Below are positions 41,601-57,991 of a DNA stretch of 64,000 nt, piece after piece. The stretch is taken from the NCBI RefSeq assembly GCF_009914755.1, contig NC_060925.1, one strand, 5' to 3'. Under the pieces are notes generated by a model. The model saw nothing but the letters and a program-made list of their open reading frames with translations. It was not told the origin of the DNA and searched no databases. Position 1 is the stretch's first letter, and each line of letters begins with the position of its first letter. The stretch comes from the human T2T-CHM13v2.0 reference genome, Homo sapiens. A program made the position numbers and the translations under genes.

Positions 41601-44040
41601 TACTTTTAAAAATACTTGATTTCTAATGGTTACTAGTGCATAGAATGCTATTATTTTTTGTGGATTGAATCTTGTTTCTAGCAACCTTGCTACACTTACT
41701 TGTTAGTTCTAGTAGTATTTTTGTAGATTTATTTAGATTTTCTACAAAGACATTCATGATATCTGTGAACAAAGCCAGTTTTACTTTTTTTTCTTTCCAG
41801 TTTGGATGCCATTCTTTTCATATTTCATTTGCACTGCCTAGAAACTCCAGTACAATGCCAAATAGAGTAGTTAAGAGTAAACAGACTTATTTTCCTCCTT
41901 ATATAAGGGTAAGGCATTTGGTGTTATACCATTAAGTATGATGTTCTTAATTCTATGCCCTTCATAAATGCCTTTTATAAGTTTGCATAAGCGTTCTTCT
42001 ATTCCTAGTTTGCTAAGAGTTTTCATCAAAAATAGATGTTGAATTTTGTCAAATAAATTTCCTGTATCTATTGAGATGATAATTTATTTTCTCTTTCAAT
42101 TCATTAATATGATTAATTAAGTAGTTTTTTCAATGTTAAAATAACCTTGCATTCCTGAGAGTAGCCCCATTTGTTCATAATTTCTTATCATTGTTCTATA
42201 TCGTTAGATGCTTTTTACTAAAATCTTGTTTATAATTTTCACATCTTGTTCTGAGGAACATTGGCCCGTGGTTTTATTTCTTGTAATATCTTTCTGCTTT
42301 TAGTATCTGAAAAGTCTGGCCTCACAGGATAAGGTAGAGAGTGTACCCTCCTTTTCTATTTTCTGGAAGACTTGATATAGAATCAGTATTATTTCTGCCT
42401 TACATGTTTAGTAGAAATCATCAATAAGACATCTGGACTAGCAGTTTTCTTTATGGGAAGACTTTTAAACTCCAAATTCAGTTTCTTATTAGAGATAGGA
42501 TTATTCAGGTTATCTATTTTTTGAGTGAGATTTGGTAATTTGTGCCTTTCAGTGAATTCATCTATTTCATCTAAGTTGTATTGGCATGAAGTCATTTATT
42601 ATATTGACTTATATTTTTGATATCTATAGAATTTGTAGTGTTGTTCTCTCAATCCTAATATTGATAATCTTTGTTCTCTATTTTAAAATTGATTACCTGT
42701 GTATAAGTTTATCAATTTTATCAGTCTTCTAAAAGAGCCAACTTTTGTGGGGTTTTTAAAATTGTTCTTCTGTTTAATTGATTTCAGTGCTTATCTTCAT
42801 TATCTACTTCCTTCTGCTTATTTTGGGTTTAGTTTGTTATACTTTTTCTAGTTTCTCAAGATGCAATCTGAAGTCATTAATTTGAGACCACTTTCCTTTC
42901 AGCTATAGACATTTAGCACTAAAATTCACCCCAAAATATTGCTTTAGTGACATTCCCACATTTTCAACATGTTTTTAAAGTTTTTCTCAATTCAGAATTC
43001 TAATTTTCTCTTTGATTTCTTCTTTCATCTATGAACTATTTAGAAATATGCTATTTAGTTTCCCAATTTGAGGAAACTTTCTAGGGATATTTCTGTTATT
43101 GATTTCTAATTCAATTCCTTCTAAATTTGTTGAAACTTGATTTATGGTCCAGAATGGTCTATCTTGGTAAATGTTTCATGTAACCTTGAAAAGAATGTAT
43201 GTTCTGCTGTTGTGGGGTGGAGTGTTCTATCACAATCAGTTAGTTTAAGTTGACTGATGCTGTTGTTCAAATATTTACTGCTTTTCTGTCTACTGATTCC
43301 ATCAACTATTGAGAGAAGGATATTGAACTATTCAAGTATAACTTATACTTGTCTATATCTTCTTTCAGTTCTGTTCATTTCTGTCTCATAAATTTTGACT
43401 AGGTGCAAAAACACTTAGGATTTTTATGTTTTTTAGCTCAATCAGTCCCTTTATAATTATAAAGTAATCTTCTTTATCCTTGATAATTTTTTCTGTAATA
43501 GTGTTTGTTTTAGTCTAATATAGACACTCCAGCCTTTTTTTCCCTTTTATTAGTGTTAGTATGGTATATCTTTTTCCATCCTTTTACTTTAAAATGTATT
43601 CGCTTCTTTATATTTTAAATGCATTTTTTGTAAACAACATAATTGGGTCTTGTTTTTTCAATCCATCTATTTATTCCTGCTTCATATTTTAAGTATTCAG
43701 ACCATTTCATTTACTGTGATATTGGTATGGTTGGGATTTTAGCATATTTGTTTTTTATTTGTCTCATTTTTCTACTTGTTCTTTATTTTTTCCCATTTGT
43801 TGTTCCCCCTTTTCTCTTTTTCTGGCTTCTTTTGATTAATCGAGTATTTTTTAAGATTTTTACCTTCAAGTGAGATTTCCACTTTACATATAAGAAGCTC
43901 ACAGTAGTATACTTCCATTTCTCCCTTCCCAGTCTCTACACTATTATTATCATAAAGTTTACTTTTACATTTATTATTAATGCAATGCAATACTGTTACT
44001 ATTTTTGTTTGAACAGTTCAGTATCTATTAAAGAGATTTG

Positions 44041-44667
<627 letters not shown>

Positions 44668-45337
44668 TTAAATAACAAGAAAAAAAGTATTGCGCATTTA
44701 TTCCTGTAGTCACCATTTCTGGTGCTCTTTGTTCCTTTGTGTAAATCTGTAGTTCCATCTGGTCTCATTTTTCTTCTACTTAGAGGATTGCTTTTAACAT
44801 TTCTTGTAGTATGGATCTACTGATGAGGAATTCTTTCACCTTTTGTGTATCTTAAAGTCCTTTTTTTAAGTTATTAAAATGTATTTTTATTGGGTATAGA
44901 TTTTTAGTATGACAATTTTTTTTCTTTAGTATTTTAAATGTGTTGCTCCACTTTCTTCCAGCTTGCCTGTTTTCCAATAAGAAGTCTGCTCTTATCCTTA
45001 CAATTGTTCCTTAGTCCATAACATGTCTTTTTTTCCCCTGGTTGTTTTAAGATTTTCTTTTTATCACTGTTCCTTGAGTACTTTGATTATAAAGACCTTA
45101 GTGTAGCTTTCTTCATGTTTCTTGTGCTTGGAGTTCATTGAGCTATTGAGCTTCTTGGTTCCATAGGGATATTATTTTCATCAAATTTAGGATTTTATTT
45201 AGTCATTATTTCTTCAAATTATTTTTCTATCTCTCTTCTCTCCTCAATTTTAGAGACTCCAGTGACATGTATATTAAGCCACCTGAAATTATTTCTCAAC
45301 TCATGATGCTCTGTTCATTTAAAACATTTTATTTTCT

Positions 45338-45622
45338 GGCCAGGCATGGTGGCTCACACCTGTAATCCCAGCACTTTGGGAGGCCGAGGTGGGTGGGTCA
45401 CTTGAGGTCAGGCATGCGAGACCAGCCTGGCCAACATGGTGAAACCCTGTCTCTACTAAAAATACAGAAATTAGTTGGGCATGGTGGCACGCGCTGTGGT
45501 CCCAGCTACTCGGGAGGCTGATGCAGAATTGCTTGAATCCAGGAGGTGGAGGCTGCCGTGAGCCAAGATCACGCCACTGCACTCTAGCCTAGGCAACAGA
45601 GCGAGACTCTGTCTCCAAGATA

Positions 45623-45645
<23 letters not shown>
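45338..45645 (+). mobile_element. AluS element with tail converted to (TA)n
   Basis: Full Alu followed by about 13 TA units. Confidence 0.93.
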
Positions 45646-45653
<8 letters not shown>

Positions 45654-45803
45654 TTTCTATCTGTGTTTCTTTGAGGATATTTTCTCTTGCCGTCTTCAAG
45701 TTCACTAGTTTTTTTCTTCAGCAATATCTAACCTGCCATTAATCCAATCCAATGTATTTTTCATGTCACACATTGTAGTTTCATCTTTAGAAGTTTGATT
45801 TGA

Positions 45804-46160
<357 letters not shown>

Positions 46161-46645
46161 TATTTTTTTGAAAACATAGTATCTGGCTTAATGGCTTTAC
46201 TAATCTAACACCTGGGTTGGTTTTCATCTATCGCCATATTATAGGTTGTACTTTCTTGCTTCTTGCATGCCTGATATTTTGAGTGAATCTATGTGTAAAT
46301 TTTACTTTGTTGGGTGCTAAATATTTGGCATTCCTATAAATCTTATTGAGCTTTGTTTTAGGATGCACTTAAGTTACTTGGAAAGTGTTTAATATTTTGG
46401 GCCCTTACTCTTAAGATTTGTTGGGTAGAACAGTGTTCAGTCTAGAGCTATCTGTTCCCTATTACTGAGGCCACATCCTTCTGTGTACTCTAGCCTGTGA
46501 ATCTTGGAGTTTTCCAGTCTGACTGGTGGGAATAGTCACTGGTGCTGTGTGAATGCCAGGCACTGCTCAGATGGTACCTATCCTTGGGCAGTTTTGTACA
46601 TGCAGGTGCTAATCAGGACTCAGCTAAATTCTTAATGGACACTTT

Positions 46646-47067
46646 GGTAGACTGAATAATAGGCCCCAAATATGTCCATGCACCTTATAGGGCAAAGATG
46701 ACTTTGAAGTTGTGATTAAATCAAACATCTCGAAATGGGGTGATTATCCTGGATTAGCCAGGTGGTTCTTATCTAATCATATGGGCCCTTATAAGAATGA
46801 AGCAGGAGATAAGAGTGGAAAGTAGCAGATGTGATGACAAAAGCAAGAAGTTGCACGATGCAAGAAAGGAGGTAAGGAATGCAGGTGACTTTAGAAGCTG
46901 ACAAACACAAGGAAACAAATTCTCTCCCTGAGCCCTTAAGAAGAAATGTAGCCTAGCCAACAACCTGAATGTATACTTCTGACCTTCAGAACTGTAAAAT
47001 AATAAATTTGCGTTGCTAAGGCACGAAGTTTGTGGTAATGTTTTAGCAGCAATAGGAAACTGATGCA
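46646..47067 (+). mobile_element. MLT1-type (ERVL-MaLR) solo LTR
   Basis: tggtagactgaataataggccccaaatatgtcc ... ttctgaccttcagaactgtaaaataataaatttgcgttg ... tttgtggtaatgttttagcagcaataggaaactgatgca. Confidence 0.85.
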
Positions 47068-47449
47068 AGCACCCGCTGCGAATCTCTGGGGTTTGCTCTC
47101 TGTGCACCTTTCTTTTGTACATTGCGGTGTCCTGTAAACCCTAGCTGCCTTGGTCTCCTCAAAATCTCAGCTCTGCCAGGCTCTCCCTCTATGCTCCATG
47201 GTTTGGAAACTGTCTGTGAATATAAGCTGAGGCAATCACAGGGCTCACACCATTTATTTCCCATCTCTCATGGGTCCGTGCCCTTCATTGTCTCACATTC
47301 AGTGTTTTGCAGACCATTATTTTATAATCTACATTTTTTAGCTGTTTCAGGTGAGGGGGTAAATCTGGTCCCTGTTAATCCATTGGCCAGAGGCACATTT
47401 CCCAAATATATGATTTTATATTTTTACGTTAAGAAAAGGAAAATGAAAA

Positions 47450-47640
47450 AGGTGAAATGAATTTTAATAACATTTTAGTTATCTCAATATGTACAAAATA
47501 CTATAATTTAAAAATGTAATCCATATTGAAAAATTACTGATATAATCCTTTTTGTACTAAGTGTATATTTTACACTTATAGCACATAGTAATTCAGACTA
47601 GCCAGATTCTAAGTGCTCAAAGCTGTAGCACAGCTCTAGG
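47450..47640. mobile_element. MER3/MER33-like hAT relic
   Basis: tgtatattttacacttatagcacat..aattcagactagcca.att..aagtgctcaa ... agcacagctctag. Confidence 0.6.
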
Positions 47641-48070
47641 GTACAGTGAATCATGAGAGTCTGTGTTTAGCTGCTCAAGGGGACTACATTCATTTGAATG
47701 TTTCAGCTTTTATGTCCTCCACCATGAAATATTCTTTGATCAACCCAGCTGCAAATCTTTGCATCTTCATGGCCTTTGTTACTGTTCTTTGGGACTTGAC
47801 ATATTTTATCTTTTATTGATTGATGTAGCTTGTGCAAAGGGCAACAGGAAGGATTCTCAAGAATTTGGAAATGAGGACTGGCAAATGTCACATTCTAAGA
47901 GTTAATTTAATTTTTTAAAATTCTAGATAAAATGAATAAGATTATTTATTCATAGATGTGTCTTACTCTATGAGATATTTTGTCAGTGTGATACTGATAA
48001 AGGGCTGGGAAACACTCAAATTCATCATTCACTCCTGATAAACAGAGTAGTTCTTTAAGACTCAATAATT

Positions 48071-48392
<322 letters not shown>

Positions 48393-49005
48393 CTAAATAA
48401 TCATGGGTTCAATTTATTGAGTACCGGTCTTGCTGTATGCCAGTCTGTGTGATAAGATCATTTAATATTCACAACCACCCTATAAGGGATAAGTGTTGGC
48501 CCGTTTTACATAGGAAGAAATTGTGACTGGAACTGTTAAGTTGGTGTGCAATTCTCACACAGCTGTTTAGAGGCATATGTAAGAGGAAAATTCAAGTTTG
48601 ACCCCAAAGCCTGGGTAGTAAATCATTACACTTTACTTCTGATATATATTCAAATGCATTTATAATCTAATTTATTTTATTTTATTAAAGTAATCATGTA
48701 GATTTAAGAATAATCCTGAGGAGTAAGACAAGAAGAAAAGAGGGGAAAAGAGCACAAAGTAAAGGAAAAGGATATGAGATAGATACAAGTATTTGGTGTT
48801 TACAACAGAGAAATTCACTTTATTGTGGAAGAGAAGTAGCTCATCAGGCTTATCTACAGCCTGGATGAACTATTCCCTCAAGACCATGTGATTCCCAGGT
48901 ACCTTGAAACTGCAAAGGAGATACTATGGATTGCACAAGTGACCCATGCACTGGAAAAGGCATAATTTTCATGGAAAAAAATCACTGCCCCAACATTCTG
49001 CTTGA

Positions 49006-49446
<441 letters not shown>

Positions 49447-50208
49447 CTAGAATTGAGAACCAGACATTGGACATTGATGTCCTCACTAAGAAAATGATAT
49501 TCTAGTTGAAAAAAATAAAGCTTACATTGCTATCTCTTTTTACTTCCCCATTGCATATTTGTTGGCTTGTTTTATCTTTGCTGTAAGACTGTTGTCTTCT
49601 GGAGGATAGCTACTGCTTAGTCATGGTTGCATCTTCCACAACATCTAGAACAGAAAACATAAATGTTTCTGCAATAAAAGAATAAATGAGGCGTGGATAT
49701 GTTCCCCCTACTTTCATGTGGAGAAGTTTACTGATCAAATGTAGCATGTACATAAATCACAGAGTATTTAAGAAACTGGCTGATCAAGCTGTTGGCTTTC
49801 TTGATGGCTGATTGACCAGTCCATCCCTGACTTCAAGGGCTTAAGTGCCCAGGCACTAGTTGCTAATGCTGCAGTTAGAGCTAAAGCACTGGCCTGGTCT
49901 CTGTCACTGTGACTCATCCTCTTCTAAGAATGGCTCTATTTTCTTCTACAATACTTAATTCAATGTTAAGCATTGTTGGCTTGCCGAATTGGGCAAAAAC
50001 TGAATGTCTAAGATGAGCCAGTTGGTATTTCAGTTTAGAACTAGGAAAGCGCAGAGTTTGGGGAAACTTTCCAGAGGAGAGCCACAGCTCAAACCCAAGG
50101 TAATGCTAGAGATCCCTGAACATTTGTGCACTCTGATCTCTGGCTACCTTACAGAGTGAGGTAACTTACTTTCTTCTTCCTTATTCCTTAGGGCAAGAAT
50201 ATCACGGC

Positions 50209-50271
50209 ATGGGCATGAGTAGCTTGAAACTGCTGAAGTATGTCCTGTTTTTCTTCAACTTGCTCTTTTGG
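50209..50271 (+). CDS. CD53: CD53 coding exon 1 (exon starts 50192): MGMSSLKLLKYVLFFFNLLFW
   Basis: Acceptor ttccttAG at 50191, ATG at 50209, donor GTAAGT at 50272; 63 coding nt. Confidence 0.97.
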
Positions 50272-51139
50272 GTAAGTGTATCTCTTCTGAGCACGGTTTA
50301 GCTCACCTTTACCCAGCTAAGCTCTCCTCATTCCTCTACTGAAGAGGCTGGGGTAAAATGCATGCGTGTTTGGGTCATGTCCAGCACAACCATCCTAGAA
50401 ACAAAAGAGTAATAATTTTTCCCCTCTTCCTGCCACAGAATAAACCTGCAAAATTGAAAGGTACCAGTGCAGTTATTAATGGAGGTGCTGTTTCTCTCTG
50501 AGGGCTTTAGTTTACTACTACTCATAGCTAACATATATAGGTGAGAAACCTGAGACTGTGCTCTGGATATTGAGTGCCTCTGTTTTTCTTGTCTTTTTTT
50601 CTAGATTCCTTGAAACAATAAGTGATTGAAAGGAAAGTCACCCTTTCCAGGGAGGTTTCACTGTATAAAATTCAGCAATTGAATTTCAGATATAGGATGG
50701 GTTGGTACTTGTGTATATGAGAAGATTATTATAAGTTTGGCTTCTCTAGTTTTCTGCCTAGCAAGATGAGCTTCCTCAAGCAGGGCATCTTCTCTACATG
50801 GTCATGGTTTCTACAGAGAAAGCCATGTGTGAGCGACTGAAAAGATAAGGAAAAAGAAGTTAGACCTATATATGGTGAAGATACTGTGTGGCTCACAGAA
50901 GTGATCTTTCCTTGGTATCTGGAGATGGGTAGGAAGAGTTGTGAGTAGGTCTCCACATGAGAAAGCTGAGATTGCCTCTCCAATGTAAGCATGGAAAAGT
51001 TTGGTAAAGAAATTGTTCATGAGACTCTTGATTGAGCCAGTTAAAAATAAAGTGATTCTGATCTCAAGGAAGTGAGAATATGAGGAGATACCCAAGAACC
51101 ACATTTTGCTTCAGGATGTTGTGGGATTCTTCCTTTCAG

Positions 51140-51328
51140 ATCTGTGGCTGCTGCATTTTGGGCTTTGGGATCTACCTGCTGATCCACAACAACTTCGGAG
51201 TGCTCTTCCATAACCTCCCCTCCCTCACGCTGGGCAATGTGTTTGTCATCGTGGGCTCTATTATCATGGTAGTTGCCTTCCTGGGCTGCATGGGCTCTAT
51301 CAAGGAAAACAAGTGTCTGCTTATGTCG
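51140..51328 (+). CDS. CD53: CD53 coding exon 2: ICGCCILGFG...KENKCLLMS
   Basis: tttcAG| ... |GTGAGT; 189 nt; end of TM1, small loop, TM2. Confidence 0.97.
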
Positions 51329-52048
51329 GTGAGTCCTTACAGCAGATGTGGTGCCCCAAGTCGGGGAGATGGTGCCTAAATCCCAGGCAAGATGTTTCTT
51401 GGTAGATCACTTATAGGCACAGAAAGATCATAGGAAAATGAGATTGGTACCTCAGATCAGCCAAGTCTGCCCAGACCAATAGTATATTATGTATGACTAG
51501 GGTCCCATGGACAGGTGAAAGAGGGCATTGCTATCCCCCTTGTAGCCATTTTTATATTGCTAATAATGACTTTTGTCATTATTGTAATTCCCCTTTATAG
51601 CATTTTATTTTTTCTTTATGTCTGGATGAAATCAGGTGTCATCCATCTTCCAAAATCCTCCTCATGCTAGCTATTATTATGTACTTTCAGATTCTGACTG
51701 AGAGTCGCTAACTAATGGAAAATAATTTCTAGGCTCTTTCCTCCCCAAATGCCAAAGGATGCTTCCTTAACTCATGTCTGCACAAGATACTCCGTAGAGA
51801 GATCCAACTTAGGTGAGGGCTCTGGCTGCAGCCATTGAGGTCTAATGTGAGAGATGCTACAGCCTTTTGCATGTTCCCTATCAGGTACTATCCTGAGGAG
51901 TACCTTAAGGCTTAGGTTTTGCCTGTAAGCACAGTGCCTGTAGAGCACTGAGCTCTACATTTCTGTAGTGTTCCCAGAACAGAGCTTGTTGTAACAGTGC
52001 CACTCTACCAATAGGCGTGGGTTTCTAATCACATTGGTTCTTCCTTAA

Positions 52049-52416
<368 letters not shown>

Positions 52417-53121
52417 TGTATGGGTCAACTCTTAAACTGGAGCCAAGAGAAAGAATTTTTTAAAAAGTCCCTCTTCTCAGATAGTTGTCAGACTAATGGC
52501 AAAGGATGGAAGATAGCAGACATGGGGTAAGGTAAATGTTTTAAGCAGTCAAAATTAATGTTGGGGTAAAAAAGGTGAAGGAGAAGGAATAAGTGAAAAT
52601 GTTTTCTGTTGTGTGTTATTAGCATAAAAGGAGTAAGCATCGAAAGCTGGAAACAAATATGAGTTAGAACCATGGCTAGGACCCTTCTTTCTACCATTGT
52701 ACAGGGCTCCTCTCAGCCACTACCAGCAGTCCTCCACCCAGAGGTATCCCTGATCTTGTAGAAAGGACCAGGCCCCAAATGATCTAGTTTACCAACCTTT
52801 TGCTTAACTGCTTCAATAGGCAGATGTCAAAATTGCTTAACTTATTCAACAGGTGGTGGTGTGTATGTATTATGCATGTAGTGCTCTGATAGGCACAGCA
52901 GGTAGGAGAGAGCAAAGAAGACAGTTGATCTGCCCTCTAGAGTCTAATTGTAGAAAAAGAACACATATTTTCACAAAACAAAAGAAGGCTTACAACGGCC
53001 TGAGGAGGCAGAACAGGAACACCCTGTACGTGTGCAAATGCCCCTGGATGCTCCCAGAGCTGAGTGGGAGTGGGACGAGAATGGGGATCAGTGCTGTGAG
53101 AATGTATCTGCTTTGTCCCAG

Positions 53122-53196
53122 TTCTTCATCCTGCTGCTGATTATCCTCCTTGCTGAGGTGACCTTGGCCATCCTGCTCTTTGTATATGAACAGAAG
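53122..53196 (+). CDS. CD53: CD53 coding exon 3: FFILLLIILLAEVTLAILLFVYEQK (TM3)
   Basis: tcccAG| ... |GTAAGT; 75 nt. Confidence 0.97.
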
Positions 53197-53755
53197 GTAA
53201 GTTATAAAGACAACAACTTATTGTCTTAATACTGAAAGTGGGGAGTATGCAGTGGAGAAGTTGGTACAAAGTTACAGAATAAGTTCTATAATAGAGATAG
53301 AAATGAAGTGGAAGGATAGAGGAAACAGAGAGTAATTGTAATTGGGGGGAAAAATTTGTATGAAAGAGATTGTATCTGAGTGGTATCTTGAGGGGTGCCT
53401 GGAAAGAGCAGTAAAACAAGTGTCTCTTCCTCTACTTGCTTTCCTCTGTGTGTTTGGCAGGAGAGAATGTCTGCCTCAGTGCCTAAGGATAGCCCTTGCT
53501 TTAATTGCTCCTTTTCCTCCCTTGTAAAGCCAGAGCTCTAGAAGGAAGCAAGCCTACTAAATACTTCTTCCTTCAATGCCACCTCATGCTCAGCATGTAT
53601 GCCCATAGATAAACACCCTCCCCTCACCCTTAGTTCTGAGGAGACCATTTGGAAGGGAAGCGCAAGTGGAACCACTAACCTATACTGGAAATTCCTTATT
53701 CCTTGAACTCACCTGCTTTTTACCATGTCTCCTCTGCTGGAATGTGCCTGCCCAG

Positions 53756-53851
53756 CTGAATGAGTATGTGGCTAAGGGTCTGACCGACAGCATCCACCGT
53801 TACCACTCAGACAATAGCACCAAGGCAGCGTGGGACTCCATCCAGTCATTT
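53756..53851 (+). CDS. CD53: CD53 coding exon 4: LNEYVAKG...WDSIQSF (large extracellular loop)
   Basis: cccAG| ... |GTGAGT; 96 nt. Confidence 0.97.
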
Positions 53852-54499
53852 GTGAGTACAGGTGGAATCCTCTTCAGATCAGCCCAGACTTCATTTTCAA
53901 GCCTAAATCCTTGGGGGCTAGTTCCTTTTTCTGGAAGTTTCAGAATCTAAGGTCCACATCCCTGAATCCCAGAATAATGCCTTGGCTATCACAAACATGG
54001 GAGCCCAGTAATTAGTCTGATTAGTACAAAGTTCTCTACATTCTCTCTTTCATCCTTTTCTAACATGAATAGGTTTATTTTCTAAGTTCTGCTAGGATGT
54101 GAAGAAGACCCAAACACAGCAAACTGGATTAGTTTATGTATTTTCCAAAATTTTACTGAAAACAGCATTGTATAACACAAGAAATTGCCATTGAGTTCCC
54201 GAGTTGCCCAAATCAGGCTTGTTACCTAGCCCACCAACATCCCATTCCTCATGTGCTGTTTCCACCCACAAACGTGTATATGTACAGCATATACAAGCTC
54301 TGCATTCCTGACATGATGTGTTGGGAGATAAAGATGGAGCCTTGCACCAGTATAATCTATTTGTGTCTCGAAACAGTACCACTATGAAAGCACGCTGGCT
54401 TAGTGTGGAGTAGAAGAAATGGCACAGGAATTAGAGCCTGGAGACCAGAATTGGGTAGCCCTGGGGAAGTCACTTAACTTATTTAGATCTCCAATTCTT

Positions 54500-55195
54500 T
54501 ATTTTTTTAATTCAGTTTAGAAAACTTTTTATTACATAATTTTTAGAAATATACAAAAGAGAAAAACAGAAAAATGAATCTCCCAACTCCTCAATAGTTA
54601 ACATTTTCCAGTGTCATCTCATCTAATTCCCCACACTTTTTTTGTTAGAATATGTTAAAGCAAATACTAGACAATATATTATTTCACCCACTAAATATAA
54701 AAGAACTTCTTTTTAATACACCTAAAATTTTATAATTTCTTAATACCACTAATAAAGTCTATAATTAAATTTCCCTAATTTTCTCAAAAAATTTTAATTG
54801 ACTTGTTCAAATCAAGATCTTAACAAGGCCTATGTGTTTATATTTGAATGATAGGTCTCTCTATTTATCTTTTAATCTATAATAGTACACCTCTTTGTTC
54901 TTGCTCTTTGTGGAAAGAAATTAGGCTATTTGTCCTTTAGACTTCTCCACTCTCTAGATCAGGCTAGTTGCTTCCTCGAGTATTTTGGTATCAGGGAGTC
55001 TCTGTCTCCCATAAGCCCCATGAACTTAAAAGTTTGATGTGGTTTTTGTTTTGTGGTAAGACTGCCATAGCTGTCACTTCCTGTTGCATCGTGTAAGCAG
55101 GTACATAATGTCTGATGGTCCTCCTTTCTGTGATCTTAAGATTGGTTGGTGGGTCCAGGGGTGGTCAGCCTAATCCCTCCATTATGCAGTCCCTG
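54500..55195 (-). mobile_element. L1MC-type fragment inserted in a MIR
   Basis: Degenerate antisense L1M 3' text. MIR halves at ~54400-54495 and ~55205-55300. Confidence 0.55.
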
Positions 55196-55448
55196 GGTGC
55201 CTTATTCTTGATCTGTAAAATGTGACTAGATTAAGCACAGGGGTCTCTACTCCACAGGGATCTTATGTGAATGAAATGGTATAACAGATTAGAAAGCACT
55301 TTGTTTTAAGGAGCCCATAGCAATCAGACCAATTCTGGACTTCTGCTATAGAGTCAGATCTGAAGGGCACACCTTTTCCTCTAAGGTCCACAGCTTTTTT
55401 TCACTGTTGACTTTCTAACCATCATCATTTTGGGGGTTTGGCTTTTAG

Positions 55449-55529
55449 CTGCAGTGTTGTGGTATAAATGGCACGAGTGATTGGACCAGTGGCCCACCAG
55501 CATCTTGCCCCTCAGATCGAAAAGTGGAG
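55449..55529 (+). CDS. CD53: CD53 coding exon 5: LQCCGINGTSDWTSGPPASCPSDRKVE
   Basis: ttttAG| ... |GTAATT; 81 nt; tetraspanin CCG motif. Confidence 0.97.
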
Positions 55530-56604
55530 GTAATTTTGTCGGCAATGTTTCTGTTATTGACCTCTTTGTTTAAATGTTTAATTACCTCGGAAACTGCAGT
55601 CATAGAGGACCTAGACCTTCTATTGAGAAACAGGGGACCTTGAATAAAAGAGAGGCCAGGGCAACAACCTTGGGTAATTAGAAAAGTCAGAAAAACATAC
55701 GAACAAACTCATTTAGACTAGAGACACTGTGATTGATCTTGCTACACTAGACTATTACATTAGAGGGGAACAGTTACTTTTGTGTGAAAGTAGGAGAGGG
55801 TTGTGTCTAGATATTTCTTAAGCAAGAAGTAGGTCTCCTTATGGTTAAAGTGAAATGTATAGGGTTGAGATAGAAAAGTTTCTCCCTCTCCCTCTTTCTC
55901 TGCTCTTCTTCCTTGGAGATGGCAGAATCCAGCCCCTTAGGGAAATGAATCATAGGTGAAGGAGTAAGGAGTTGAGGGAGACAGAGTTAGTGGAACTACT
56001 GAAACAACCTGTCCAATTAATTTGGACCTCCAGAATAGGCTCTGAGAAGAAGCCACAACTATCTTCCAACTAGACTGAATCCCTGAGGTCTTGTCTCCTC
56101 ATGTTATCTGCTCCTGAAGGGGTTTGGAAATCTCCAGGGTTTTTCAGGTTTGTGGAGAAAGACTAGGACAACCACTGACCAGCAACTGCCCTGGCACTTG
56201 GTAGGGCTATGATGGATTTACTGAATGTTGAAGCAGAAAGTGAAATGCAAACCAATTTTAGTATTGCATGCCCTATGTTAATCTCTGGTCAGCACTGAGT
56301 GTTCAAAGACAGTAGGACGTCGGTTGCTGACCTGCCTCTTAGAAGCTAGTTTAACTCAGCGGGTAAGGATCTAGGACTTCTACATTAGTTACCACTGTAA
56401 TGATAACACCACCAGAAAAGTCTGTAGTTTAATATTTCCCACCTTATGCCTGTTTCTTCATTCACGCAAAGAAAATAAAAATATAATACCTAAGCCTCTT
56501 TGTATTACATAAAGCAAAATGCAAAGCACTGTATCTTCCAAATACTTCCTCTTGATATGGTGGAATTATAGAGTAGTATCATTTGTAACTGAAATGTCTT
56601 CTAG

Positions 56605-56688
56605 GGTTGCTATGCGAAAGCAAGACTGTGGTTTCATTCCAATTTCCTGTATATCGGAATCATCACCATCTGTGTATGTGTGATTGAG
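56605..56688 (+). CDS. CD53: CD53 coding exon 6: GCYAKARLWFHSNFLYIGIITICVCVIE
   Basis: ttctAG| ... |GTAAGA; 84 nt. Confidence 0.97.
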
Positions 56689-56891
56689 GTAAGAGCTTAA
56701 CCACAGGGTTATTGTGAGGATTACATGAGTTAAGTCAGGTAAGATTTCAGAATAATACCAGGTACACAGTATTTACACAATAAATGTTAGCTATTTTTAC
56801 TAATATATGAATTCCCCCAGCCAAGTAGCAAATAATGTAATTAACAATTTGCTTTAAGGTATATAGAAAATGTGCTATAAGAACATCTCTT

Positions 56892-57295
<404 letters not shown>

Positions 57296-57919
57296 TCAGC
57301 TGGTCTGAAAAATACGAATTGATAAAGTATTTCATTTGAAAACCTGATCTTGCATGTTAAGGGGCTGATGACGAAAATTGTAATCAATTTCCTCTTTGTT
57401 TCTGTGCTTAGTTTGACAAGTGATGGGTGAATTGAGGGTAGTTTTTTGTCCTTTTTAATAAAAAAGGACAAAAATAATGTGATATTTCTAACATTTTTCT
57501 ACCCAAGTGTTGGGTATATCATAGATTAGTTAAAACTCAATCAGGAAGCTCAGAGAAAATGATTTTTCTCTGTTTGGAAACAAAGGAGGCACAGAGCATG
57601 GATAGAGATAACTCATTGCACAGTGTTCAGTGAGCAGAATATGACCATCCTAGCAGCAGGGCTTCTGTGACTTCCTCAGAAGATAAAACATGCTCCAGTA
57701 CTTTACAGCCTGTTATCTTGTCATCATTGACCCCGTTTCTCTCCTCACTGCTATTCTTTAACCAAAGGAAAGAGCTCCTGAGAGAGACTTGAAAGTAATG
57801 GTTGGAAGGGTGGTTTCAGTGTAATGGATACATTCTTTTTCTCAGAGGCCAATCCCAGGCATTGTGAAAGAAATGGCTTTTCTTATGAAGACTTCAAATT
57901 TTCCCAACTCTTTTCACAG

Positions 57920-57991
57920 GTGTTGGGGATGTCCTTTGCACTGACCCTGAACTGCCAGATTGACAAAACCAGCCAGACCATAGGGCTATGA
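57920..57991 (+). CDS. CD53: CD53 last coding exon: VLGMSFALTLNCQIDKTSQTIGL*
   Basis: ttcacAG|; TGA at 57989-57991; total 219 aa. Confidence 0.97.
   Translation: MLGMSFALTLNCQIDKTSQTIGL

Noticed and set aside
47663-47905. Possible small pseudogene or intronic ORF
   Set aside because: No recognisable protein homology, poly(A) or TSD on either strand.
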